This document shows positions 13,225 to 27,300 of a DNA stretch of 64,000 nt, piece after piece (the stretch's first letter is position 1; every line of letters begins with the position of its first letter). The position numbers were made by a program, and so were the translations under genes. The notes beneath the pieces are model-generated. The model had not been told where the DNA came from. It did not search any database and saw nothing but the letters and a program-made list of their open reading frames with translations. The stretch lies in NCBI GenBank assembly GCA_046563655.1, contig CM102290.1, forward strand, positions 8,370,001-8,434,000, read 5' to 3'. Source of the DNA: Yuukianura sp. NJ FZ-2021 (lineage: Eukaryota).

Positions 13225-16200
13225 TCAGGCAAGTTCCATTGGAACTTGATCCATGTTCATTTTTTCTGATACTCCACTAGACGTTTCTCCACCACCGATT
13301 CCATCAAGGACGCTTGGGAACACTGCTTCTGCACTGGAAGTCGCTGTGGTGGCGGCGGTTTGAACAATTTCTAACTTCGAAGGAGATTTCAATTCTTTCC
13401 AAGTGTGTTGTTGTAAAATCCATGTCAAAATGGTATCACGAGTCACAACAACTGGAATAGAAAGTAAAAGAAATACGTGAGATCATATATGAAACTAGTA
13501 GACTTATATATTAGCTTAGTTGTGTTAGTCTCCATAGGTTATATTAGCTTGCTTCACCTAATCGGACATTAGCCAAGTACAAAACTTACTAATTTTATCC
13601 ACACTTTCCTTGTCTTTCCAACAAGTGAGCAGATATTCGTCATCTTCACAGGTAACAATCACATAAGACTCCAAATTTTTCATGGCTGACTCGTACACTT
13701 TGTGCATAAATTTTTCAACGACGATTTTCCCCCCAGCAGCTTCGATCATTTCCCGAACGTCTTTTCCCAGAGAAGGCGTTAGGTAAAAGACAAGTCCCTG
13801 TTCAAAAAAAAGTATAAAACAAGTTTTTCAAGAAAAATTCAGCAGAAAAATTTTCCAAAAGCTTCGAAAAATTTAGGGTTTAGACTTACAACAAAAAGTC
13901 GATGTCTGTTGGGCATCTTGAGGATAGCACCGTAGTCGATAAGATTCTCTCCACACGTTCCCGAAGTAACCAGGTAGTCGTCAACGGGTAAAAATTTCTT
14001 CTGAGCCCACGAGTACCTCAACCAGTCAATTCCAACAATTGTATCCTTGATACATAGAAAAGTGATGAGCGTCTTGGTCACAACTCCTTCCATGGCTATC
14101 AGATGAGTGGCCACATGTCGATCGCTCGTCACACGTCCACCCAGTTCTTCAATTTTGGATTTCATCTAAAAAAATCAAAAATTTTGAAAAAATAAGTTGA
14201 ATATTGCTTAAAAAGTTTCGCTGTATGAGCTTACCACTTCCTTCATACTCTCTGAGAATCCAGACAACATCACAGCAACACCGGCAGGAGACGAAGCAAT
14301 GACTGGTTTCTGTTCGAAAAGTTCCGGAACGCCATCGGACGATGGCGGAGGTGTTTCCGGTGGTGGCCTTGGAGACGGTGAAGGAAAAATTTCTTCCACG
14401 TTCATTCTGAGTCTCTTTGGAGCCGGAAGATAGTCGGGTGGGGGTGACGGTAACACTGAATAAGACGGTTTGCTCAAAAACTTTTGGATTGCCTCGTTCC
14501 CTACCCGTAACGGAGTCTTCCAAGGAGCTACAATAAAATCATTCACAAATTACAACTCCACTTTCATAAGTTATGCTTAAGTTAAGCTAATCACCCTAAA
14601 TCAACTTCGTATTCCTTACCCATAAGTGGAGCAACTAAAGCTACATCAAACGAAAACGGTGCACCCATATTGAATTGTTGGTACTTTGGACTGTGGATCA
14701 TTGGAATCACGCCAGTATGACCAAACAACAGTTCGTTCAGAAACTGGATGTTGACCACCGGCTTTCTCCATTCTCTCGCTTTTAGAAACTTCTCTCCCTC
14801 TGGTCTAAAAATTAAAAAAAAAACAGTTTTTTTAAAAGTTACCTTCAAGTATCTTTAATTCTCAAAGAAATTTCTTACGACTTAGCAATGAGTCCAATAT
14901 TAGCACGCGTAAACACAGGAGTGACCACGAGACCAAGCAGAGTACACATCACTTGAACTCGCTCCTTTTCCTCCGAACTGAATCCTGATGTGGACACTAG
15001 TTCGCCATAATAAGGTCGCTCGCCCCTGCCAAGTTTTAAAGAATTTTTAGAAAAATGCTTTTAAGAAATGTTTTGAATTTAAACTCTAAAACTTACTCAG
15101 TAAAAGGAAGTGGAAGATGAACAGCCTGTGATGGGCTTGCTAAGCACCGACGAGCAATTGTATCATTGAGCCAAAACAGAGTCACGAGTCTCTTTCGATC
15201 TCGAACACATTGTTGAAACTCTGGAAATTTTTGTGTCTCCGCAAGCACATGCGTCACTCTGCCGGAATATGTTGGCTCAATCTCCCCACCATATTTGAGT
15301 ACCGCCTTATACCAACTTCGAATTCGCATTTCTTGAGCTGCCCAAAACACACATCCCAGCAAAAATCCACCTTCCGGTACTAAAATTAAAAAATCATCAC
15401 TTTCACAAAAAAATAACTTGTGTTTTTCATTAAAAAGATGTCTTACATTTTAAGCTCGGGTCATGTCCAAAGAATCGAGCCGATGGAGTGGAATAGGACG
15501 GGCTTGGAGACTGCGGAGATACCATTGGAACCATAACGTTGTTCGCCGTCACTGACGACGGCCCTTTGTCGCTATTGGTCAAATTGGACAGCGTCCGTCG
15601 CTGCAGCGTGTGTGGTGGTGGTTGCTTGCCACTCAATCCTGCTGGAACTCTGTTTTGTACTGTCATGTTCAACGTTGAGTTTGGTGGAGGCGGTGGTGGT
15701 GGAGCGAGAGGTGAAGGTGACCGAGACGGAACTGTCGTTCCACCTGTCAATCCACAAGACACTGAATAGGACACTGGAAACAGTTTTCAAAATTAAGACA
15801 AAAACGAAAGAAAAAAGTCAACAAATTAGAAATCACACTCAAAAACACACTAGTTAACCAAAACCAACAGTTTAACGTAAGTTAATCATAATCTTACTTG
15901 TGTTACCTTGACCTTGAGGTGCCTCCGGAGTAGTTGACCCCATTAATCGATTACTAAGTAAATTGGCTAGAGCAGTCTTCGTCTTTTGATTCATAACCTG
16001 TGGAGACTGTAAAACAAAAAAACAGATTTTATTCTTTTGAAAATTTCAAACTTTTCGAATGTGAAACGTCGTTAATTGTTGAGATCTAACGTATGTATCA
16101 CCGGCGTTCTTGAAATAGTATACTAAAGAAAATCTTCTAGAAAATTTCTTCTTTTGTCCCAAAAATGTCGTTGACTTCCATAAAGAAAAACTAATCCCAA

Positions 16201-19089
16201 AAATTCGATACAAAAGAAATTACGTGTAACCAACGAAAATGTTTTACAACTTTGAATTAATCTCTTTTATCTTGTAAAAAGTTTTTGTTCGAAAAGAAAT
16301 TACTCAAATGTCAAGCTTCGTTGTTAAAATTTTGGTCGAAATTTTGAAACTTCATTTTTTGAAAAAGATGATTTAGAGTAAACCAAAAAAAGTGACTTAC
16401 GTAAGGCATGTTCGCCTGCGTCGTGTAGATTATCTGTGATGGATTTTGATTTCGAAGTGCCGTTGTCCACTGCTGCTGTGGATCTGACGGTGGACGGTTT
16501 TGTCTCGACGTCATCGCAGCTCCCGTTGGTGACACGAGTCTCTGCGCCTGTGGACTATTCGTCAACGAATTGAAAGAGCTCGGTGACGAAGACGTACTCG
16601 TCGGTGACCACTGGAAATGATCTCGTTGACCTTGTGCTTGAGGAGACGACTGTTGTGGATCCAGCACCAACGTCCCTTGTTGTCCCACTGGCGACTGCCG
16701 AACGTTTTGTTGTCGTTGCGGACTCTGAGTTGGTGTAGAAGGCATGGACAGCGGCGGAGTAGGAGTAGAATTATGTCCATAAAACTGTTGCTGTGTCTGC
16801 GCTCCAGTCATTTGTTGTTGCTGTTCCTGCATCTGCTGCTGCATTGGCAAAATACTGTTCTGCAGAAACGCTTGAACTTTTTGATTTGGAGTTTGTGGTA
16901 GCTGAGGCGTTAGAATTCGTTGGAGAGCATCATCGGGCGGACTAAAAGACTGCGTAGTATTTTGATGTTGTTGTGGATGCTCCGTCCGGATTGTAGCTCC
17001 TGACTGATGTTGCGTCACCAATATTTGGCGATGTTGTTGCATAGGAGTTCCTCCAATACTAGTAGTGGCACGTGTGAAAAAGATTGTTTGTTGTGGTGAT
17101 GATTGTCCAGGATTTGACTCTGGTCCGGTAGGAGTTTGTTGAGGAAAAAGCAAAGCTTGTTGTTGTCGCTGATGTGTTTGAGCTTCCATGAGGGCCACAT
17201 CTTTTCCAAAATCTTCGGCCAGAAGAGGCTGTCGTGGAAGTGGAGCAGTACATACTGGCGGTGGACCAGGAAATCTCGGGCGTAAGTCGTGATTTTGAAA
17301 TGGAGGTTGTTGTGACGGCGCCATTTGAATTTGGCGCGGCTGAGCAGATGAAGAAGGCATTTCTTGTCCTGCAGGAGTCGTAGGAGCGTTCATATGTTGT
17401 TGTTGTTGCTGTTGCACTTGTGGATTATTCATTTGCATTTGCTGTTGTTTGAGCATCATTTCCTTACGCAATCTCTCTTCCCGATTCTTCTGAGCCAGTT
17501 TCTGGACTAGGAGCATTCTTTGGGCATGATCCATGTGAGCCCACTGTAACTTAATTTGTGGATCATTTTGAATCATTTGAATTATTTCTAGCTGCTCTAT
17601 ACTTGCCGCTGGTCGTTGTTGTTGTTGCGGCGGCTCCTTCGGTGGGCCTTCTTCATGTTGTGATTGTGAAGGAAGCTGTTGTTGTTGTTGAGTTTGATTC
17701 AGTCTTGACTCACCACTTGAGTTGACTCTTGATTCACCATTTCCAGCAGTATTGCCAACATTGACATTGGAGTCACTACTTGTAGTAGCTCTAGAATCAG
17801 TGCCAACTGTAGACAGTTTGGAAGTGTCTCCACCTGAAGGACGTCTGATGACCAACAACGTCTGACTCTGCGACGACGATGTGTTTGTAGTTTGAGTAAA
17901 GGATATCGAAGGACACGGAGCTGGAGTTGGAGTCAACAAGGGTTCTTCTGTCGCTGGACTAGCCGCTGGAGGTGTTTTGACTTTCAGTTGTTCCTGATTT
18001 GATGGTGTCATGGATGGCGGGGGTACTGCATTTCCTTTGTCCATTCCATTTACATGAGCAATTTGAATAGGTTTGGATTGTTGCGGAAGAGATTGTTGCT
18101 TTGAATTACTATTTCGTTTGGGTTTGAGTGCCTTCTGTAACCAGGCTGGCATTTGCGGCTCCGCTTTTGTCCTTGGAGGTTTGACTCGTGATTTCGGAGG
18201 CTTATCACCTATTGTTGGTACTTGTACTGGTGGTGGTGGGGGTACTTGACTAAGGCCGGCAAGTGGCAGCGGAGGTGTTTCTTGTTTCGGCGGAGGTGGA
18301 CAGATGAGACGTGGATCATATGGTTTTTCGCTAAGCCGGCTCCCTTTCGTTACGCTGTCAGTTAGCCAGTCAACACAGACGACAGGAAGATTCATTTGCT
18401 TAGCTACGTTGTATTTTCGCGTCGTGGTGTCGTTACAAAGAAGATGAGTACATGATTTGGTAAGGTGTTTAACAAAAGTCCCATTGTGGAAGGTGACAAT
18501 GGACCAGGCAGTGATGAGATCCTTCTCACGAAGTCCTGATGCAGCAAATGTCAGTCCTGCGAAAAGTTCCTTTCCTTCGGCCAAAAACCAATTCGCTCTA
18601 CAACAAATCACATGGAGTTAACTTTTGACATGTATTTTGTGCATTAGTAAATTGCATTGTAGCCTCGTATTCTTACAATATGTGACAATTTACATTTAGT
18701 AAAACTTACGGAAGTGCTTTGCCATTATGAGCTGAGTATAGGATCCAGCGCGGTGATACAACTGGAATATCAAAAATATCCCTTGCTTCATCCATGTTAT
18801 CCGGATCGGCACCCTCACCAGCAATGAAATGTGTAATCCCTATCACGGGATAAGACTTCTGTTGACCACCGCCAGCCTCCAGCATTTCGATAAGCTGAAA
18901 ATCAGTGTAAGACAAGACCATTTAGTATTCAGAACTTAACGTAAAAAATACATTGATAATCAAAATATCTACACTTGATTTAACTCGACTCACCTTCGGA
19001 TGAACCTTGCCAGAGATAAAATATCCAACACCTTGGAACGTATTTTCTTTTAGTGTTACCTTGTCCATCAGAGAAAATATGGGATCCAT
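13225..19089 (-). CDS. PAXIP1: PAX-interacting protein 1 (PTIP): BRCT domains plus Gln/Pro-rich middle
   Basis: Start MDPIFS at 19089. N-terminal BRCT pair (ITHFIA...PVVSPRW; FAGLTFAASG...CTHLLC...VCVDWL), long Q-rich exon 18599-16402, TKTALANLLSNRL exon, middle BRCTs (VTHVLAETQ...VTLFWLND; EGEKFLKAREWRKPVVNIQFL) and C-terminal BRCT pair; stop at 13225. Confidence 0.9.
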
Positions 19090-19793
19090 CACGATCTGTA
19101 CAAGTTTGTAAATACATGAAAAACAAAACATGAAAACATGATCAATGCATAATTTAATGAATTGGTACTTCAACTTTGCTAATATACCGGTTACATTACC
19201 TTTTCCTATCTTGCCGTATCCGACAATGGCAACCGGGGGAATAAATTACACTAACAAATCTTACTCAAACTAAATTGTTACATCCTTTATCAAATTTTAA
19301 ACAACTGTTCAAACCACGGTATTAAAAATCATTGTCCTTAACATAAAAACCGTTCCTTGTCACTCCCACCGTCGAACCGGTTTCGACCAGGTCAGAGGTC
19401 ACCGTCACAATCCCCAGTTGTCAAATTTCAATGCTCACTTCAGTTTTTTCGCTTCCAGTGCTTCTCTGTTCCGCCTTGTATTCAAATTGTTTCTAAAATT
19501 TTGAAAAAAAACTGAAATTTACAAAATGAAATGAAACACACGCATGCCCACACCCGTTGTGGAGTACCGCTGAGGGGCATTTGGTACGGAATATACGGAG
19601 ATACGGACTGATACATATATGACACACAATTTCACTTAATGATTTCTAAACAAAATACAGTGCTAATTAATTCGTAATTGCTTAGTTGTTAATTAGTTAA
19701 TTGTAATTTACCAACTTCGGTCCTTAGATTTACAGGTGGAGGGGGAGTGAGGAAAGGAGAAACAATTTGACAGAATTTGAGGGAAAAATTCTC

Positions 19794-19803
19794 TTTCCCG
19801 CGC
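19794..19803. promoter_or_regulatory. E2F-like site upstream of PAXIP1
   Basis: TTTCCCGCGC matches the TTTSSCGC consensus, ~700 bp 5' of the PTIP start. Confidence 0.35.
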
Positions 19804-20584
19804 TTCTGTCTTTGTCAATTTCTTGAGTCAGAAAAACTGTAATGCATTATCATTGTTGATTGTTGTTCGTTCCCTATTACTGTTAATTAATACAAATAAT
19901 TATTGTATTTAGTTATTTTATTCATTAAGTACAAAGTTCTACCTGGCATAAGAACTTTATGCAAATGTATTGGATGCAAAACGTTGCCAAAAGTGTTGGA
20001 CGTTGGAGTAAAACGGAATTGCATCCATTGTAACCACACACTGAAAGTGCATAATATTTGTAACCACACGCCGTGAAACTTCTAAGTCCGGGCGTTTATT
20101 TAAATTAGGTAAATACGCAAGAGGTTACATCAGTGTAACCACTTCGTGGTTACACTGACATTCAATTTATCTTTACCTTAAGCTGGCCGTCGATTTGACA
20201 ATTTAGTTACCGTAAATTACTTACAGAAAAAAACATAATTTTCTCAGTGTCAGTGTCAGTAATCTAATCACTAATTGGGTGATACGTCACGTCAGGCGTA
20301 CATTCAAAATCGGATTTTATTTCACTTTCTTCGTATTCATAAATCAATGATAGACTTTCTCAATTTCCGTTAACTTTTTACTTTTTCAATGATTATGTTT
20401 GGTTAAAGCTTCCAGTTTCAGTTTCCGTTTGTAAGAGGTACGTTTGTGGTCTAATAAGTGACTTCGAATACACAACACTTTTTAATGTTTCTTTTAAGAA
20501 CTGCTCTCTTGCACCATCGCAGCGTCAGTATCAGCATCAGCGTCGTGGCACTAAGCCTAGGCTTAGTTTTTGGCCTTTTCAGAT

Positions 20585-21303
20585 TTATTTGTCCTCAATC
20601 AGCGTCTGGAGTTCCAGAACCAAATTCCTGGCAATTTGAAGAATCACTTTGGCATCATGTCGTTCGGCCATTTCTGGAAGAGGACAAAGACCTTATTACA
20701 AATTGTGGAAATCGCGGATTCATGAATCGTAATTAGTTTAATTGCGTTACCATTGAAGAATTTGATTATGTCTGTAAAGTCCATGGAGTTGGAGAGAATG
20801 ATGTCTCTGTAGTAGTTGAGAAGAGCAAGGGCGAGGAAGAGGACAAAGTCCATGGAAGCCACTTGTCGAGCTGCCCATATTGTCTCCCATACCAAAAATA
20901 CGTCTTGGTATGAAAACTCTGCAAAACCATAACAGGTACTTACGAATTAACTTAATTGAAAAAGTAATTAATCTTTGCCGTTCAGTTGTAGTCCGTACCT
21001 CTTTTGAAGTCAAGAAGGAACCAGCGGTAGCAAAAGTAGAAGTGAGTATAGTCTCCGTTTTGGCGAATGAGTGAGAAGAGGTCATGATCCAGAACCTGGA
21101 GAAGAGAGCGCATGTTGGCAAAGTGGGTGTCCATGGCTCCTCCTCCAATCGGAAAATTCGCCGACATTCTCTCCATCAATAGCTTGAAACACTGGTAGGC
21201 TTCGGCTTCATCGTCCAGAATGACCAAGAGAGGAGCAGCCAGGTCACACATTCCTTGGACATAACCAATTTCGAGGTGCTCCCAGACATACCTACAAGTA
21301 TTC

Positions 21304-21368
<65 letters not shown>

Positions 21369-24300
21369 TTGATCAACACTTACGTGCACATGACATTCCG
21401 AAGTTTCTCCAGATTGCTTTCGACGAAGTACCAGTAGTTTCTGTCACATCGCTTGACATCCTTGTCTATTCGATGGACGTTGAGTCCAAACGTTTCCAGA
21501 AGTTCTTCCGGGTAAGATCCCGCTCCAGGCGGTGGTGTTGGTGATGACGCTGGTGACCTGTCACCAGTCTCCTCTCCTTCCGTACTTTCTCGTTCTTCCT
21601 TCTCACTCAATACTTCGGCAGCACAACCGTTCCGTACAACAGTTTCCGAGAACGATACCACTCCAGGTGGATTACGCTTCGGTGATGCAAAAACGTGTAC
21701 CGCGTTTTCTTCAAAAACCTATAAAAAAAAAACAACTCAAATCAAATCACAATCGAATTCAAAATTTTAAAAACTTTTTGTTTTGAATTTTTTGTTACAT
21801 CATTGCTGCCATAAGTTGAAAGGCCTTTGACCGACGGTGGGAGCGGTTCGTTTTCACAACCACCAGCACTTCCTTCTGAAGAAAGCTTGGCCAGATTGGC
21901 CGCCATTGCTTCTCTGTCACGTCGTCGCACAACGGCCTCGACTCCAAGCCACTCTGCGATTCGATCTTCATAGTCTCTCCGCAGGCGGTCCATGTCAACT
22001 TCTCCCGCACTTCCACGCAACATCATTGGCCAAACTTTTCTTCTCAGATTGTGAGCCATTCCTCCAAAATAAACCATTTTGTACACTTCTGCCATGTCTA
22101 CATTTCCCTTCTGCTCTAATTCGGCCCATTTCTGCTCTGTCAGTCCTTCACGAACATCTAAAAATGTAACATAAAAATCAAACTTTGGAGATTTTTTTTT
22201 GAATTTTTATAAAATTAATCTTCAAATACTACTGAAATCGTGTGTTGCATTTGGGTTACCGCTGTGCTCATCTGCCTTGACAATAGATTCACGAACGAGA
22301 CCCACGAGATGAGTCCTGACTGTCCTCAGATGTCGACAGTGTGACAACCATCCATAAAAGGCTCTTGAAATGATTTGCCGCTTCATGCGCTCACAGACGA
22401 CACTGATTGGTTCTCTGAAAGAGGAGGGAGGAGTTCCATATTGGACCGTGTCAATTGACAAAGAACGGGGACAATCAATTCCATTTCCGTACCCATCGAC
22501 ACTCGTGCCATTCTGTTCTATGCTCCTGGATGACGAGGTTGACGACGTTGTTGAAATGGAGTGCAAAGGAGTTGACCTTGGTGTGGCTGGTACTGATTCT
22601 TCCTTCGGAAGCGCAGCAGGAGTTTTCCCCAAAGGATTATCCAACATATCTTCCACTGTAACAAAAAGAAAGTTACAATCTTTCCCATAAATTCTTGTTC
22701 AATATTTTTGTGCTTACTTTGTTCGTAAGTGGTAGAGATATTGTAGAGAATTCTGAAAACAAAGTCTGCCTGAGTCTGCTCACTGTCACCACCGTTTAGT
22801 ACTGCTTCGTTTCCATTTGTCTCATGATCTCCATTTCGGTAAATTCTGCTTCCTCGACGTCGAAGTTTTGGAAACATTTTTCCTGCTAATATCAGCGAAC
22901 GTTATAAAGCATCTCCAAAAAAGTATTATTTTTAGAAAAAATTGTCAATTTTTGACACACGAACCTGCTAACTCTTCCTCCTCACCTTTTCCAGTTTGTG
23001 ACCAGAGTGGTGGGTCAAGTTGTCCATGCGGATTAAGCCCATTTTCAAGGCACGAGAGAAAGGCCAACAAGTGACCACCGCGTGGAAAGTGAACTGGCGG
23101 CCGTTGAACACCGTCCTGACCCACCAATACTATCCAGTCGCTTTCAGCGTCTTGATGACAATGTAAGTAGACGATTTCTCTCAACGTTACGTTCATTGCA
23201 TGCTCCCAGTAGATACTAAAACACAAAGTAAAACGTCAATACACTCAAGGAGTTCAAAAAATCAGTAGTCTGTGTCCTACTCCAGAAAACCAATCAGAAC
23301 AAAGTGCTCGAAGCTCGATGTGTCAGGAACTTCTAACCTTTTCTCGGCCGTGAGCGGCTCAGGAACTCCACTCATCAGCTGATTTGGAGTCCATTTGAGA
23401 GTCAGTGTGTCTCCACATTGATGGAGACTTAGGTATCCCGCCAGGGGCTGTTTGGCTTCCTTCTATACCAAAATGGAAACGAAATGGATCAGACGGCACA
23501 TATTAAAACTTTCGAAGCGTTTTTCAATTTGCGAGTTTGCACAGCTACTAAACTTACGAGAATCATGAGGACATTGTTCTTTCCATACAAAAGAGTGGAT
23601 TTGTTATTCTGATGAAGACTCTCGACATAGTCTTTTGAAAGTTGACTATCATCCAAAGTGCTAGACACAGTGCTCCTCTTGTACTAAACAATCACACGTA
23701 AAGTAAATATCATTAGGGAATTATTCTTAAAAAATTCAAGAAACCTCACCGGGTAATGGATAGAAACTTAGACTCAACAGGGTACATCCAAAAAACATAC
23801 AAAAAATATTTTTTAATCCCACTTTAAACCCAATTTAAAAATTTATATCCCAGCCTCGATTTGCACGTTATGATTTCTAGATTTGGATGATTGGGTTTCT
23901 ACGTTTCTGTCCGTTTCCCAACTGGGAGTATGTCAAAGGTCACTGACGTGTAGAGGAGGTCTTCGTTGGAACGGTGGTGATGGGGGAACAGGTGAATAGG
24001 CAGAAGAGATCCTGTGACGCTGAACAAGTTCGTCTGCCGGGGGATCCGTCCAGAGATGCTCTCCCGTTCGAAGTCTTGAGAAATCCAGAGCACACGGTCC
24101 AACTGAAACCAAACAAAAATCATTAATTCCATTAATCGTACGTAAACAAGTAAGTAACTGGGCATTCCAGTTTTAGTGATTCAATCTTCAATACAAAAAC
24201 CAACCATTTCTAAGTCCGCTTTCCCGAATTCTTGTTACTAGCTCAAATACCAGTAGCGATTTTACTTATTTTGCAATTACTCGTCCAATACTTTTACAAA

Positions 24301-27300
24301 CTAATTACTTAAGCGTTAATTAACTTCTGACTTGTTTCTCAGTAGTAAAGAAAATAAAAACAAATTCACGGTTAGGTTTTGTTTACTTTTCACTTTTCAA
24401 AAGCATTCCCGCCTTCTCTCTACTTATTGAAATTTTGCTGTCTTTGGCGTCCTTTTTCTCGTTGACCAGCTATAACTATGAAATTGTTTGGTTTACCGAA
24501 AAGGTCAACTCTTAAACCCAAAGGTCAACAGTCACTATGACCAAAATCCTACAAAAATACGTTGCTTCATCGTCTTACAAGCTGACCACGTCAAGAAAAC
24601 GTTTTGCCGAAAATACATTGGGCACCCCAATGCATTTTCTCGTTGAACTTTACACCCAAATTCCCAAATCGAAATCAAAACAATTTCTGGAAAATATAAT
24701 AATAATGAAAATAGAATACCCATGATACTCTCAAACTGTTGTAACCCAGAATCCAAATTCACGTTTTGAACATTTGAATTTGAATTACAAATTTCATACT
24801 TACCAAGAAGTGAGCTGAGGATGGATCCGTAGTCTGGGTCACCCACAAGTGCATACTTTTCGTAGTACTTACTGGAAAACACAAAGCAAATAAATTACGT
24901 TAGACAAAAGACAAAACCCGTCTCTCAAGACACGACCGTGGACGCAACGAACGTGACATTTGACACGACTTGGGGGAGACGGATTTTCCAGCACAAATGA
25001 CAACTGACCTCTGCCTCTCTAGTCTACTGCGGACGATCGTCATTGGTCAATTGACTGAGAACATGCCTGCTGGTTAGTCGCTGTGTGTCGTGTGTCACTG
25101 GGCACTTATATCCTCAGTGTCAAATTACTTTCATTAGTTCCTTCCTCCATTCCTTTTGAAAAAGGAGAGAAAGTGATTTTTGTGCCATGTCGAGCACGAA
25201 ATTTCACTTTTCCTTCCATTTCCAATTCCTAAGTCAACAACTAACATATCCCTTTATTCCTCTTCCCCCATCTCCCTCCACTTCCAAGGTCGTTCTAGAA
25301 AAACAACACTTATTGTAAGATCACAGACTTTGAAACCCCCTTTGAAATTCCGTTCCATGTCAACGCTGAAACAAGAAACTGTCTACTCGAATTCAATTTC
25401 AAAGTTCAAAATGCAACCAAAGACGATGCTGACGCAGAGGTGTCTGTAACTTGACATTTTTTTTCTTGAGATTTTTGAATTTTTGAAACTTACCTGCTGG
25501 TTTGCACAATGTGATCAATGATACGAGCAAGCTGTTTTTCAACCAGAGCGATTCGAATCCAGAGGAATTTGGCGGTCGTGGAATTTCGTTTTTGCAGCGG
25601 CGGTTTGATGCCGGTGCTCAGCGGTAACTTTCCGGCACTTTCACTTCCAGAAGATGATCGCCTGAGGGGAACGTCAAAAACTTAAGTTCAAAATTCTCAA
25701 AGAACAGGTTTACTTCAACTTTTTATGCAAAGTTTTTCTAAAAAAAAAAACTTACTTGTTGGGATCACACGTCTCTGTTTCGATAACGAGCTGAACGATG
25801 GTGGCTGCCGGTTGAAACGTTTTGGCCACTTTGTGGAGTAGTGCTGTCGTGGAACTGCTTTTGAATAGCCCGAGAGCTCGACGTTTGAGACCATGCGACA
25901 CACAGAGCTCAACGGCCGCTAAAACCAAAAAATCAAAATTCCATTTAAAAAAAACTCAGAAAAAAGTTCGAACTTTCACTCGAGCCAAAAAACCTTTTAA
26001 TTTGAGCAGCTTTAGCTCAGATTGTCAAAAAAAGAGTTAATTAGTGAAAGTGGTTGAAAGCCTGCTGGATTCCCCGGGGGTACTAGTCACACAAAATCTC
26101 ATTTTCGTGTGTAACCAGATTACATTTGAGTTTCAAATTGGATCTCACATTCCCTCATCCATCAAAATGTTCAAGCAATGGCGCCCTTCCTCGCACATTC
26201 AAGCTAACAATTAATTAATTCTCTACGGTTTTACGACTCGTAAATTGAGGTTTTTACTACGGGCACCGTAAAACCTCAACTATACTGTCTTTTTTTCCAG
26301 TGTCATCACTCGCAAAAGCGAAAGTACTGGAGAAATTGTTATACCAATGAACCCACAACTCAACTTTTAGTCCAACCTTCATTTAGGTTATTATGTCAAC
26401 TACAATTGGTTCAGCTCATTTGGTTCAACAGGGAATTTGTCCAAATCTAGTCTGGGCTACCGAGCTCTGATTCAAGTAAAGATTACTATGTAGAGTAAAT
26501 TAGGATATCAGAACATAAAGACATTAGGACAACTGTGGACAAATTCATCTTCACGTGAACCAATCGTTCAACTGCAATCGGATCAAAATTGGATTGGATC
26601 AACAAGAATTAGGTCAACTAGAATTGGATTAAAAATTACTTCAACTGCGAGGTTGACTCTATATATTTTTTGTCGTTTAACCCGTATATGGCCGTGTCTG
26701 ACCTGGGTACCACTCCTGGAATTAAAATCGCTGTTAACTGGAGACCATTTAGCGCAGTCTTACGGAAAATTAGGTATTCCACAAGCAAGGGTTCAAAATC
26801 GATAAGTCTTTATAGTTAGGCACCAGAGGGTGCCATGTTCGTTCAAAAAATTAACGCAACGTTTGGAAACGAAGAAAATCGCATAAAATGCGAATCTCTT
26901 GATCCGGCCAGCCTCGAATGTTACTTTGGTACCATACGATAAAAATAGAAAATGGGAGGGGCAGGAGTACTTGTTGCCAATACATCACATCGATAAGCTA
27001 ACCGTCATAAGTAATTTGGCAGCAGGTATTGTACCAGGGTACCACTTGGCCCTTAAGGGGTCAGCTATATAGGAATGGTACAGAACCTGCAACGGGTACT
27101 TCACAGTTCACACTATAAACGGCCATATACAGGTTAATAATGTTTTCCAGAAAAAAGCCAAGAAAAAGTTTAATTTAATATCAAAAACTAAAACAAAATT
27201 TTGAAATACAAAACCCGAAAAGAATGGCTTGGAAAAATTTAGTTGATCAGAATTTCAAAATTCGGCAGTTTTGGTCCAACTGCAGTTGAATAAGTTGAAC

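Noticed and set aside
20982..21437. Poly-Met (minus) and poly-His (plus) ORFs
   Set aside because: Artefacts of the intronic (CAT)n repeat; retaining the intron gives ACG TAA (stop) right at the donor, so no poly-Met enters SGSM.
23750..23775. Possible SGSM microexon ending in a gtgagg donor
   Set aside because: Candidate lengths (17 or 23 nt) break the frame between two phase-0 exons that already join correctly.
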